A stretch of DNA of 64,000 nucleotides, taken from Octopus sinensis. Lineage: Eukaryota. The DNA is taken from NCBI RefSeq assembly GCF_006345805.1, contig NC_043012.1:23498001-23562000 (forward strand), written 5' to 3'. The notes below the pieces were generated by a model. The model was not told the DNA's origin, searched no databases, and saw only the letters and a list, made by a program, of their open reading frames with translations. Shown here piece after piece: positions 26,184-39,266 of the stretch. The position numbers were made by a program, and so were the translations under genes. Each line of letters begins with the position of its first letter. The first letter of the stretch is position 1.

Positions 26184-27079
26184 CACATACATACATATAT
26201 ATATACATACATATTTACATGTATATATACCCACACACACATATATATACATACTATATATACATATACACATACATAAATACACACACACATATATCTA
26301 TATACCTCGTATAACTGAGTATGATTTACATAAGCTATCACCTGTGTACGCTAACAAACTTGTGTGAACAAGTACAGTAATACACACACACACACACACA
26401 CATATTGCAAATACACATTATCTTTACTCACTTATATATCCTCGTCTACAAATTATAAATGAAAGAAAGAAGTTTTTTTAAAACATTACAAAAGCAATGA
26501 TTCCATAAGAGATGAAGCGATTGTTTTTGATAAATCAAAGCTGGGTCAAAGGTACATCGACATTAGTGAATCATCCTTCTGCAAGTTTCCACTGGCTTTT
26601 CATAGGCACTTTGCCCAACTCAATAGACAAATAGGGAAGAGAAATGATTGAGAAAAGACACAACCTACTCATGTTTACGAGAGAAATTTAACATTTTCAG
26701 TCAGATTTTGGCTACACCAGTCAATGATGTTTAGATTTGGGAAAGCAAAATTAAGAAGATGAACACAAAGTATTTTTTATGGTTCAATATTATGTTTTTG
26801 CCAATGTGTTAGAAAATTTTAATCATAAAACTTTATTGTGAAAAATATAATTACAAATATAATTACAAAGGCACAGGCATGGCTGTGCGCTGAAGAAGCT
26901 TGTTTTGCAACCGCATGGTCTTGAGTTCAACCCCATCATGTATCACTTTGGACAAGTGTCTACAGCCTTCTATAGCCTTATGCTGACCATTGCCTTGTGA
27001 GTGGATTTGATAGATGGAAACTATGTGGAAGCTTCGTTGAGTGTGTGTATGTTTGAGTCTTTGAATAGCCCATGTGATT

Positions 27080-27250
27080 CGACCTACTCTAAGTGTGCGC
27101 CTGTAGGTTGGATGGAATGAGGAGGAAGCAGGTACCTACCTGAGGTGTCTTTGGTGTTAGGGGGTCCAAAGTGTGCGAGCTGTCTTAGGTCACCTCTCGG
27201 TGGAACTCTCCCCTATTGGGGAAGTATATTGTTGGCTTCATCTCCTTGTT
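27080..27250 (-). mobile_element. Possible Penelope-like RT N-terminal fragment
   Basis: Translates TLDPLTPKTPQVGTCFLLIP, resembling P..P..G.FYLLPKIHK; stops are present. Confidence 0.3.
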
Positions 27251-27393
27251 AATTGTTGTGGTTTTTTTTGCTTTTTTACACATTTAACCCCACAATCCCT
27301 CATCTGTGTATCATGCTTTGTTTTGTGTTTGGTCCTGGTGGCCAATAAAGGAAGTATTATTTATTATTATTATCATTATTATTATCATTATTA

Positions 27394-27428
<35 letters not shown>

Positions 27429-28542
27429 ATTAAAAAATTTTTTTCTTTAAGGCAGCGAGCTGGCAGATCAAAATGTTTAGTGGCATTTTGTCTGTCTTTA
27501 CATTCTGATTTCAAGTCCTGCTGAGGTTTAACTTCATCCTTTCAGGATTGTTGCTGTTGTCAGTGCATTGGACAAAATGTTTAGTAGCATTTCTTCAAGC
27601 TCTTTATGCCGCATGTCTAATCCACCAATGTTGACTTTGCCTGTCGTCCTTCCAGGTGTCAATAAAATAAGTCCCAGTTGAGCACTGGGATTGATGGAAA
27701 CAAATTATCTTCCTCCCCTAACACTGCTGTCCTTGAGTCAAGATTGAAAAGCGCTACTTCTAATAACAGATTACTCATTCTAAACTCATATTGCTTGCAT
27801 CACTAATAATAAAGTTTTGTTCAGCTTGCTGGCTAAATGTGACATCTAAGACCATCCAATAATTGTTCAACTACAACAGCCAACAGCTGAGCATATTTGC
27901 TGCTGATGAAGTTAACGAGGTAGAAATTTGGATCTAGCAATTCCATCACCAATGCTGGGTCACCTTTGTCTGACGTTGATATCGTCCCATGTTTTTAACA
28001 CTGTGTCTATAAGGGATACTTTCTCTAGATGAATGCCACAGTTTAGAAGGCTTTCAACATATACACAATTTCTGTATACAGATCACAAATTTTTATTATG
28101 TTTTTTTTTTGTGAAACTCAGTGTACCAGTTTAAAGTACAAGAATTAATCTTTAATGTGCGACATAAACAAAATTTTAACTAAACAATAACAAGCAATGT
28201 TTATCTTAAAAGCAATAACAATTCTAAAAGAGTGTATAGAATGAAATTTATAGTATCAATTTTAGTACATAGATTTGGATTAGCAGATACGTTATTGATC
28301 TTGCTAAACAATATTTTTTTGACTGCCTGTTTTTAGTGGAATCTACCACCATTGAGAAATAAAAAGCATTAAATTTTGAGAATTTACAGATAAGATCATT
28401 GAAACTGCATTTGGGCTAATATTTAATTAAAATAAGTTTTGCTAGTAAAACAAGAAATCAGATGAAAATATATTTCATAACAAAAAAATACAAAAAAAAA
28501 AAAAAAAAGAATGGTTTAAACCTAAAACATCCTCTCTTCTAA

Positions 28543-28580
<38 letters not shown>

Positions 28581-28974
28581 TAAAACTAAACAAAAAAAAA
28601 GTAATTATATAAGAAATAATTGTGATAAATGTTATACTGCCAAATCTCAGCATACCAAACTACCAATTCTGCTTCGGTTTTCCATTTGGAATTATTTCTT
28701 TTCACTTAGTTATTGATCATCATAGTCACCCTGTGTCCAGGCATTGGCTGGTCAAGACTCTAGTTCCCTTTCTTTTGTGCTACATGCATACAATTAACAC
28801 AGGCTCTTGTTTCCACTCCATTCATTGATTTTGTCAGTCTAAAAATGTCCTTGATGGCCTCATGCTCCCTTCACACTTCCTGTAAGGATGTTGATGAGCA
28901 ATGAGTTGCGGTGCATTATATGTCCAATATATGCATATATACATATATATATATATATATATATCAATATGTCA

Positions 28975-29100
28975 ACACATGTATATCGTTGGCGGTTTTC
29001 TTTCTCCGTCTTCCCTTCCTTGGACCTTTCCTTTTCCTATGTTTCTGATGAATAGCTCCGCTCGAAACGTTAAATCATCCTTCTTTCTTTCCTTTCCTGC
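28975..29100 (+). ncRNA. Hammerhead-motif short element, subfamily A, 3'-truncated
   Basis: GTTT-CTGATGA-A-TAGC-TCC-GCTC-GAAACGT-T-AAAT at 29041-29075; homologous to 58090-58285. Confidence 0.6.
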
Positions 29101-29104
29101 TAAG

Positions 29105-31040
29105 TTTTCTTGAGGTAGAATAGTGGCAGAGTTATTTTGCAAGAATATGTCAGCCCACAGTTACCTTCACCACCGTGCTGATTATTCACATCATTTTGGT
29201 CAAATCAAAAATTACAATTTTGGGGATAAAATGGATTTGTAATGATATAGGGGATTACTGGAAACATGCAAATGCTTTTGTACACCATTCTTGGTTACAG
29301 TGAATCATGATTAAAGGAAATTGAAAATGACATAGCTAAAATTAGCAAGGAAAGTCAAACTTCCATGCATAATTCTAGCAACCAAAGTAAAATTTGTGAT
29401 GGAATTCCTTTAGTAATTAACTGGTACCAAAATTTAGCTGGCATTTCAAAAGTGCCGCATGAAAGTTACCAGCATATTGCAGAAAAATATCATCATTGCA
29501 AACAAATATTCCCTCAGCCACCTATTGTAACATTTAGATGCAATAAGAATATAAGAGAACTGTTAACCACTACTTCTAATCCCAATAAAACAAGCACTGG
29601 AGTTTCTGAACAATGCATCTTGAAAAACAGCCACAAGGGAGGTAAGCCTAGTTCATTGTTCAACAACATGAGTCAAGTCAGTTCCATCATGAATCATAAC
29701 AGAAATTTTGCCTCGCCTGGCACCCGTGCCGGTGACACGTAAAAGCACCATCCGTTTCATGGCCGTTTGCCAGCCCTGTCTGGCCCCCCGTGTTGGTGGC
29801 ACGTAAAAGCACCATCCGTTTCGTGGCCGTTTGCCAGCCTCGCCTGGCCCCGTGCCGGTGACACGTAAAAGCACCATCCGTTTCGTGGCCGTTTGCCAGC
29901 CCTGTCTGGCCCCCGTGTTGGTGGCACGTAAAAGCACCATCCGTTCGTGTCCGTTGCCAGCCTCGCCTGGCCCCGTGCCGGTGACACGTAAAAGCACCAT
30001 CCGTTCGTGGCCGTTTGCCAGCCCTGTCTGGCCCCCGTGTTGGTGGCACGTAAAAGCACTATCCGTTCATGGCCGTTTGCCAGCCCTGTCTGGCCCCCGT
30101 GTTGGTGGCACGTAAAAGCACCATCCGTTCATGGCCGTTTGCCAGCCCTGTCTGGCCCCGTGCCGGTGACACGTAAAAGCACCATCCGTTCATGGCCGTT
30201 TGCCAGCTCTGTCTGGCACCTGTGCAGGTGGCACGTAAAAAGCACCCACTACACTCACGGAGTGGTTGGCGTTAGGAAGGGCATCCAGCCGTAGAAACAC
30301 TGCCAGATCTGACTGGGCCTGATGAAGCCTTCCAGCTTCACAGACCCCAGTTGAACCGTCCAACCCATGCTAGCATGGAGAACGGACGCTAAATGATGAT
30401 GATGATGATGATATATAAAAGGCGGGATGTGTAAAGATTCCCAATTGGTGTATGTAGTAGAATGCACCAAACACAACTTGATTTTTGTTGGTTGTAGAAC
30501 AGAACACTTATATATATAAAAGATTCAACGGGCACAGATATGATATCAGGCACAATAGCAGTAGTTTGACAGAACTCCCCAAACATTTTATATCAAACAG
30601 CTGCAATTTTGAGGAACACCTGAAAGTGTACATCCTCAAAAAATATTCTCAATCTACTACACTTTCAGTCCTCAAAATGCACGAGGACAAATATATTTGT
30701 GAATTACTGACATCACGCCCTCGAGAAATGAAAAAAATTTGACGGGTGAATTTCATCACATTTACACAAATCTGTTTCACTAAGTATCCTTTTTCCTATT
30801 TTTTTGTTTTTACTCTACTTTCTTTCTTCTTTTACCAAGCATGAAAATGAAAACCTATGATGTCATTCTGTCAAAAAAGGAACGCAAGATTACCTCGTAT
30901 GTATTTTATATTTTGAATTTCTGTGTTTTTGTGGTTATATTCATTTTACATTTTAAACCTGAAGAAGACAGACAATCTATTGAAATATTGTTCAAACTTT
31001 AAAATAAACAATCTATAAAAAATTGCATCATGTTCTTCTT
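29105..31040 (+). mobile_element. Penelope-like element relic (RT thumb, linker, GIY-YIG endonuclease, 3' hammerhead), interrupted by family C
   Basis: LFCKNMSAHSYLHH; GIPLVINWY..IFPQPPIVTFRCNKNIRELL (ORF 29365..29742); CKDSQLVYVVECTKHNLIFVG; KRFNGHRYDI..HF..EDKYICELLTSRP (ORF 30485..30742); CTGAAGA...GAAA motif at 30959-30985. Confidence 0.85.
29708..30412 (+). mobile_element. Young family C retroposon with a GC-rich 60-64 bp tandem array at its 5' end and (GAT)n tail
   Basis: GTAAAAGCAC recurs at 29739, 29803, 29865, 29928, 29988, 30050, 30112, 30173 and 30235. The C body and tail follow. CpGs are retained. Confidence 0.92.
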
Positions 31041-31164
31041 ATTGTCTATTATTATTAAAGTGGTGAGGAAACAGAATTTTTAAAATCCTATTTTTAGGTT
31101 TGATAAATCGAAAAAAAAAAAATCAGGCCTTGTGGCCATAGCAGAAATGATTATTATTATTAAT

Positions 31165-31610
31165 AAGGCATAGGGCTGGCAGAATCATTAGCTCTGCTGG
31201 AAAAATACTTAGTGGCATTTTGCCTGTCTTTATAATCTGAGTTCAAATTCCACCAAGACCCTTTTGGGGGCCGATAAATTAAATACCAGTCAAGGGTTGT
31301 GGTCAATGTAAATGGCTAGCCCCACTCCTCCCAAATTTCAAGTCTTGTGCTTATAGTAGAAAGTATTATTATTATTGTTATGATAAGGCAGCAAGCTGGC
31401 AGAATTGCTACCCTGCCAGGCAAAATGCTCTGTGGCATTTCCTCTGATTTTACATTCTGAGTTTAAATGCCACAGGGGTTGACTTTGCCCTTCATCCTGG
31501 TGAAATCAATAAAATATGTATCAGTTAAGCACTGGGGTTGATGTAACTGACCTACCCCTTCCTCCAAAATTGCAGGCCTTGTGCCAAATTTGAAACCATT
31601 ATTATCATCA
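31165..31610 (+). mobile_element. Two SINE B-like copies (subfamily with (ATT)n tail)
   Basis: GCTGGCAGAAT heads and GAGTT(C/T)AAAT B-box; each copy is bounded by ATT repeats. Similar copies at 27450-27745, 49655-49865, 50195-50405 and 42700-42885 (-). Confidence 0.75.
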
Positions 31611-31611
31611 T

Positions 31612-31906
31612 TGCTTTTGCACAGCTTCTAATGCTGGAGATGTACTATGGTGTCAGCTGTTCACTATTAATGAACGAAGGTAACACCCCTTATTTTTTTG
31701 AGCACCTTCCGCAGTATTCGACCGGTTCCAAGCAGTGCTGTTTTCTGCAAGTGCTCCACCCTTATTGCAGCCCCTATTTGTTCTGTGTACTTCTCAAGAA
31801 TTTTACTCACTGTTCCCAGGGCTCTGACAATTATTTGTACTACTACCACCTTTTTCATCAACCACAACTGCTTAACCTCCCAAGCTAACCTGTCATATCT
31901 ATCGAC

Positions 31907-31910
<4 letters not shown>
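31612..31910 (-). mobile_element. R4/Dong-type non-LTR retrotransposon 3' end (restriction-like endonuclease C-terminus) in (TAA)n
   Basis: KVDRYDRLAWEVKQLWLMKKVVVVQIIVRALGTVSK..LQKTALLGTGRILRKVL; TAA-type repeats flank both ends. Confidence 0.85.
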
Positions 31911-31952
<42 letters not shown>

Positions 31953-32098
31953 AAATTAATGAGATGGGGAATTGGTAATATAAGCATAAGAAAAACACAT
32001 GACTACATTCAGTTACATCCCACTACATTCAGAGTTCAAATATCATTGAGAACAGCTTTGCTTTTCATCCCTCCCGGGCTCAATAAAAAAATTGTACT

Positions 32099-32149
<51 letters not shown>

Positions 32150-33974
32150 TGGGTGGATGGTGGTGGAGTTGATTTAATCTAAATTCCTGGCCTTTTGCCA
32201 AAGTTGGAAATAATTACCATCATTATGATTAACATCTTTCTCAGCTGTAAGCCATAACAATAATTCATCAATATGATTTACAGTTATAGAAAGTGAAAGT
32301 AGAAATATTTATAAAGGCTTCATCAGTGTATATACATGTAGGCTGCGGTGTTATAATGTTGCTCTACTAATGGCAAGGTGACAAGTTCAAACCCCACAAA
32401 CAACAATGACACAACATTTATATTCTGCTGTTGGAAACAATTTTAACTGCAGCAGTTTGCATTACTTGAAAAATATGTGCCACTCCCACACTTTATGGTT
32501 GAATGGTTAGCATTAACAAAAGAGCAGTCAACCATATGAAAATATATCCTCAACCAGCTCATAAGTAATTATTCAAATAGATACAAAATATATGTATATA
32601 TTTTAACCATTTGAAATCCAATTTTTCATGTTAGTATGGATGGGATGATGGAGGGGTTATGAATTCTTTTCTATTTTTTTTTTTTTTTTGTAAAAATTGA
32701 ATATTTGTTTGGAGCAAGTAGATTTTACAGCTGAATGCCACTCCCTTCTGCTAAGCACTCAACTGTGAAGTGGGAGGGAGTACCTACCACCTAGTTTCAT
32801 CAACAGAACAAAGTTTAAACATACAATAAAACAAACTGGTGAAAGCACAAACTACATACAATATGCTATACAAAAGTACATACTTTCAATCACACAATGA
32901 ATTCTATGTAGCTTACGCCATTATTATTATTATTATCATTATTATTATTATCATTGTGTTCACATATTTTGTATACTATGCATACTTCTTATCCCCATTA
33001 CCCCTCCTCTCCTTTTCTTTCTGTCATCTTTCTATGTGAACCCTTTACATAAATTGTAAACTATTCTTGTAAAGTCCCTCACCACCACCACATTTGCTGC
33101 TCCTCTGGCAAATAAAAGAAATCATCATCACCAACATCATCACCACCATCATCCTCGTTGTCTTTTATTTTTTTTGATTGGATGTTGCATGATTTGCTTT
33201 TCCTTTTTTTTCTCCCCTCCTGTGTATGGACTGGTTTAATTGATAGAAAAAAAAAAAAAAGAAAAAATTATTTATTTCTTTCACCTCCAAACAGTAAGCA
33301 AATTTATTGCAGAGTTTGCCCATATATTCCCTCAGGAAAAAGGGGCACGAGCGCACTCCCTTGAATTTCTGTGGGGCAATGAATAAACTTTGAACATCTT
33401 CCTAAAAAAAAATGGAGTTTGCATCCCCAAAGCAAATTTCATTCCTGCACTAACACATACAAGTCAAATTCTTCAGACCAAAATTTACAACTAAAACAAA
33501 AGTAATTTGATTTATCGACCAAAAATTCCATGTGGTCGGCAGCAGGGTTTTGAAAAATAGTGAAAATGTTTGAATGTTTATGGTACATGTTTACTGTATA
33601 TATATACTATACTTGCATGCAGGATGATAAAGGTGATTTGAAACTGGTTTCTATATTTTATATTTTTTATATTATATTGTGATATATGAAAACTACAATG
33701 TAAAATATTGAAGTTTACATATTTAAAATATTTTTATTAATTTTTTACAAAAAATTTATTTAACTGCGTTCTACATTTAAAAGTTTGTTTTAGCCAATTA
33801 TATCAAAAGCCAGAATTTTTTCAGACTGATATTTAAGTAGAAGTATCAGTGCTTTTGCAGAGCAACATAGGTATGTCAGGTATCAAGCAGGAAGATTGAA
33901 TCTGATATTTCGTAGCTAGAAAATGAAGTTCCTAGCCACACAGCAGTGATGGAAGCAGGATTATGTGAAATTAT

Positions 33975-34206
33975 GGTGGCGAGCTGGCAGAATCGTTAGC
34001 ACACCAGGCGAAATGCGTAGCCGTATTTCGTCTGCCGTTACATTCTGAGTTCAAATTCCGCCGAGGTTGACTTTGCCTTTCATCCTTTCGGGGTCGATAA
34101 ATTAAGTACCAGTTACGCACTGGGGGTCGATGTAATCGACTTAATCCGTTTGTCTGTCCTTGTTTGTCCCATCTATGTTTAGCCCCTTGTGGGTAGTAAA
34201 GAAATA
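33975..34206 (+). mobile_element. Full-length SINE B with 15-bp target site duplication
   Basis: AGGATTATGTGAAAT occurs at 33957-33971 and 34207-34221. Confidence 0.92.
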
Positions 34207-34244
34207 AGGATTATGTGAAATACATGTGCAATTTAGTTCCACAT

Positions 34245-34301
34245 GCAGCAGCAACAGTAGCAGTAACAGTAGCAGCAGCAGCAGCAATAGTAGTAGTAGT
34301 C

Positions 34302-34337
<36 letters not shown>
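34245..34337. repeat. Compound (GCA)n to (GTA)n trinucleotide tract
   Basis: Direct read. Confidence 0.9.
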
Positions 34338-35214
34338 TGGGGGCATGTGCTTGTAAGAGCACATTACTGCATCTACCATTTGCTGGTGATTCCCTTCTGC
34401 TCTGGCAGATGATGGCTCTGCAACACTTAGCAACAACCCTTCAACCCATGGGTCTGTTTTGGGGTAGTCATTGCTGGTGAGGGTTTTATGAGGTTGGAGG
34501 ATGAATCTGACCTTGGCCTCTTTCAGTCATCTTTTACAACATGCAGAAGAATCTTTGGGTCTATTCTTTGACATGCCTCAGTCCGCACACAGCACAAGAA
34601 CAGCATGAAATGAAGCATTTCACTCAAGACAACAAAACATTGCCAGATCTGAGAATTGAACCCATCACCTGACGATTGTGAGTGCAACACCCTAACCACT
34701 AAGCCATATGACTTTACATGGAAAAGCTTAAATTTACAATTCAGCAGTGAATAGCATTGTCACACTGAACGTTTTTCTAGCAGGTTTCTAATCAGCCACG
34801 TCATCATTTGATGTCCCCTTTTTGTCCATTATGGCATCGGTTGAAGTGTTAGACATGAACAGGCACTGGTGGGTTTGAAATGAACAAACAAGCTCTTTGG
34901 CTCATCTGTTCACGTTGAGTCAAACAGTGTCACCTATGCTAAGTTCCAATGTCTGCATGGCATGGTTCCTATAGCTGGAAGCTCTTCCTGATGCCAACCA
35001 CTTTGCAAAGAATATCGGGTGCTTTTTACATGGTGCCAAGTCTGGTGAAGTCATCAAGAACCCGCAAGACAGGACACCTCAACTGAGCGAGGTGTAGTAT
35101 TGAGAGATATGATCAAAGGACAGGAGTAGGAGTCTTGCTGAAGTAGCAAATACTTGGCTTGCCTACTTGGAGAGAGAGAGAGAGAGAGAGAGAATATACA
35201 TAAAAATCTTTCAC

Positions 35215-35590
35215 CTTTTACTTGTTTCATTCATAGGATTTTGACTATACTGAAGCACTGTCTTCTAAATTTTTTTTTTTTGCTTTTTTTTTAAGTTGGA
35301 CAAATTGACTTTGGTACTTATTTCTTATGTTTAGTACTTATTCTATCAATCTCTTTTATCGAACTGCTTGGTTATGGGGGATGTAAACAAATTAACTGGT
35401 TGTCAAGTAGTGGTGGTCATGGTGAAACACACACACAAAGACATACACACATACATACATAACAAATAGGCTTCCACAGTTTCAGTCTTTCAGGCCTATA
35501 GCAGAGGTCACATGACCATGATGCCATGGAATGAAGCAGCCTGAAACCATGTAGTTTCAAAACAAGTTCTTGACCACATGCTCATACCTG
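35215..35590 (-). mobile_element. SINE A, tail 1, diverged
   Basis: Colinear with the family A copies. Confidence 0.7.
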
Positions 35591-35782
35591 AATCTGGATA
35601 TATTTATACATGTATATAAGTCTGGTGCAGGCTTCTGCCTGGTGAAGGCCAGTTTATGGGGTTACCCTGGGTTTCCCCATCCATAAAGGGTTTAACCTTA
35701 TGGCATATCATGAGACCCCAAGACCTAGTCAGATTGCAATGAATTTAACCAGTAAAAAATAACACATATATATATACATATA

Positions 35783-35832
<50 letters not shown>

Positions 35833-36045
35833 TTCAGTCTAGCAAAGGCATTAGCCAATCCAATACATGAATATGTTTTATAATATATTTTCTTTTTTCT
35901 TTATGATTTGGTTTATGTCTATCATTGTTTGAATTACATAATAGCAGTTTTTCTCTAATTTATATATATTATTTATTTATATTGTGAAATTTGATTTAAT
36001 ACTAAATTGAATTTCTCCCTGTAAGTCTGGAGTTATACTCCCTCA

Positions 36046-36082
<37 letters not shown>

Positions 36083-37323
36083 TAATATATATATATATAT
36101 GTTACTTTTTACTGGTTAAAATCATTGCACTGTGACTGCATGAGGGTAGGACTATCATGCATCCAAGAGTTGAAGTCAATCAACTCAACTTCGTGATAAA
36201 TTTATCAAGAACAAGCATCTTCTTTTGAAGTGTCTTGGATTGACCAACACCTTTGCTAGACTGAAACTTCCCCCCCCCCCCGCCCAACCTCTCTCTCCAT
36301 GTCTTTGCACTGGCATAGTCTGGGCAGCACAAATGCTTGTTTAAATCAAATATCTCAAAATCTACGAAGTGTCGATATCAGCTTGCTGCTTGAAATGGAT
36401 AATGGTGGGAGGAAGAAGAATGATTTATTATGAGTCAAATTAATCATGTAAATGAAAATACTGATCCAATGATTCTAAGTGAAGGCCATGGAATAAACAA
36501 TATGTCTTGTAGGTTGGTGGTTTCAACATGCAAAATAGAAAGGAATAAATAACTTCTGATGTAAACAATTAGGAATTAGCATCAGGAAAGGCATCTGGCT
36601 ATAGAACACGGCTTCGAGAAGTCACGTCCAACTCATGCCTGCAGGGAAAGAGGATGGATGTAAAATGATGATTATGAGGGTGATGATGATCATCATCATC
36701 ATATATCATCGTTGTCCTTTTAATCCTTCTTTTCCATGCTTGCAGGGTGGGGGTGGGGTGGAGGGACACACAGAGTTTAACGAGGCAGATTTCCTACAGC
36801 CGCACATTCATTCTACAATCAACTTTCACATGTTCACAAGCAGGGTAATATTTGCCCCATGACCAGACATCATCATCATCTCATCATCATCATTTAACAT
36901 CTGCTTGCCATGGCCAGACATGGTCCAGCAAAATACTGGAAAGGAAAGACAATGCTTGCAGAACAATGACAACCATATTACAACAATCACAGACTGTCAA
37001 GACAAGGATACACACACACATGAACAGGCTTCTTTTAGTTTCCATCTATCAAATCATCCATACCCAGAGCTATAGTAGGAAACGCCTGCCCAAAATGTTA
37101 CACAGAGAGACTGAACCCACAACCATGAGGTTGTGAAGCAAGCACCTTACCCCACAGCCGTGCCTCTGCAATAATGATCGAACTCATAACTTATCCCTTT
37201 TGTTCTTTTTGCTATTTTCCTGAGAATTATTTTAATTTATGTCAACATAACAGAATCTCAGCTTTTAATTGTTGTTATTATTATCTCCCATGTGTATTAA
37301 ATGCTTTTTCCCTGTGAGTATGT

Positions 37324-37363
<40 letters not shown>

Positions 37364-38139
37364 GCTGACATCACAGATTATTGACAAATCTTGATCTTCA
37401 GGCAATCTTGTCAGAAAGGTTAGTATAAGAGTGTTTTATTTGGATTATTTTTGGTTAAGTTGAGTCAAGAGCGATTAAACTCATCTGCTCTCTTGACTGT
37501 GTGTGTATGTACATACACATACACACACATATATACACACACACACACATACACACTCACACACACACATTAACTGAAACATTTCAATCGACTGCTTGTT
37601 TCGTACAAGTCGAAAAAGTTAATGATTCCGCCTGATAAAGTTATGTGTTACAAGCACCACTTGGAGTGTAATATGGTGACTCAAGTCGAAGTTGAAATTC
37701 CCTGGAATCAATCAGAATTGAATGAAATTCTTTTGTTATTATAAACGTGTGTTTTGGTCATTAGGCTTTGCTAGTTCCACCGTTCTTCTGTTGAAGTTCT
37801 ATTAATGTTGAATACATCCATTACTTGCAGCTGGTCTTTTCCAAAATTATGAGGTTTTTCTTTTGTTTTGTTTTCTGTTATTCCTTTAATTTTATTTTTA
37901 TTTTTTTTTTTTGTTAGGTTTTGTTTTCTCCTTCAGTCAATGTCGGTCTGTCTGTCCGTGAGTCCGTCATCTTCTCAACAAATATGTTTTCTCAAGTCGG
38001 CTTAGAAAAGTGTCGTTGTTATTTTCGGTAATATTATTCAATTAATAGAGATAATACAGAAATAGAAGAGAAAAGTTGAGTAAAACCCAGATGCTCTCGA
38101 AAAACATACATTTACCAAAAGATCTTTCAGTGTCTGTAT

Positions 38140-38366
38140 GTGAGCAAATATATACATGCATGTGTGTATAGATATGTGTGTGTATATATATGTATATATG
38201 TATATATACATACATACATATATACACACATATATATATATATATACATACATACATATATACACACATATATATATATACATACATACATATATACACA
38301 CACATATATATATATATATAAGTATATATATATATATATACATACATACACACCTAAAACATACAT

Positions 38367-38438
<72 letters not shown>

Positions 38439-38475
38439 TATATACATATATATATATTATATATATAGTCATACA
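38140..38475. repeat. Long compound (TA)/(CA) microsatellite; similar tracts at 13440-13620, 26050-26410, 39040-39300, 43680-44170, 44665-44975, 61130-61435 and 62935-63215
   Basis: Direct read. These tracts generate the YIYI/HTHT ORFs in the track. Confidence 0.95.
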
Positions 38476-39235
38476 TACAAATATAAAAAGACACTGATTG
38501 TTAGTGAGAGAAAGAGAGAGAGAGAGAGGGAGAGATTGTTAGATGGATAAAGATACTAAAAGATAAATTTAGAGGAGAGATAGCAGAGACATTGATATCT
38601 ATATATATATATATACATATATAAATATATACCTATATAAATATATACATATATATTTATATATACTCACACACACATGCAAGAGAGCAAGAGAGAGAGA
38701 CAGAGAGAGACAGACAGACAGACAGACAGAGAGGGAGGGAGGAAGAGAGAAGAGAAAGGCAAGATATGTATGAGAAAGGACAAAAGAATGATGGCAGTGA
38801 AATAACAAGAAATTTTCTTTTAGTATATATTTTTTTATATGATGAAAAATAATAGAAATAACATTTGAAGAAAGAAAAAGGGACACAAGTGGAAATGAAA
38901 ATAAAAATGGCCAGAGACAGAGAAGTAAACGGTAATATAATAATGGAATAACTTGCAAGAAATAAAATAAAATAATAAAGAAAAAAAAAAAAAAACCCCA
39001 ACAAAACACTCGGAATGAAATGGAAATGTGTGTGTTTATTACACAGTTTCATTTACACACACCCACACACTCACATATATATATATATATATATATACAA
39101 TACACACACACATATATACACACCCACACACTCATGTATATATATATATATATATATACATACACACATACACATGCACACACATAGATATACATATATA
39201 CATACATATTTATGTGTATATATTCGTGTGTGTGC

Positions 39236-39266
<31 letters not shown>

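Noticed and set aside
29653-30294. Six overlapping ORFs of 94-120 aa
   Set aside because: By-product of the GC-rich tandem array, open on both strands.
36745-36765. G-quadruplex motif GGG-T-GGGGG-T-GGGG-TGGA-GGG
   Set aside because: Single low-complexity expansion inside an old SINE tail with no sign of function.
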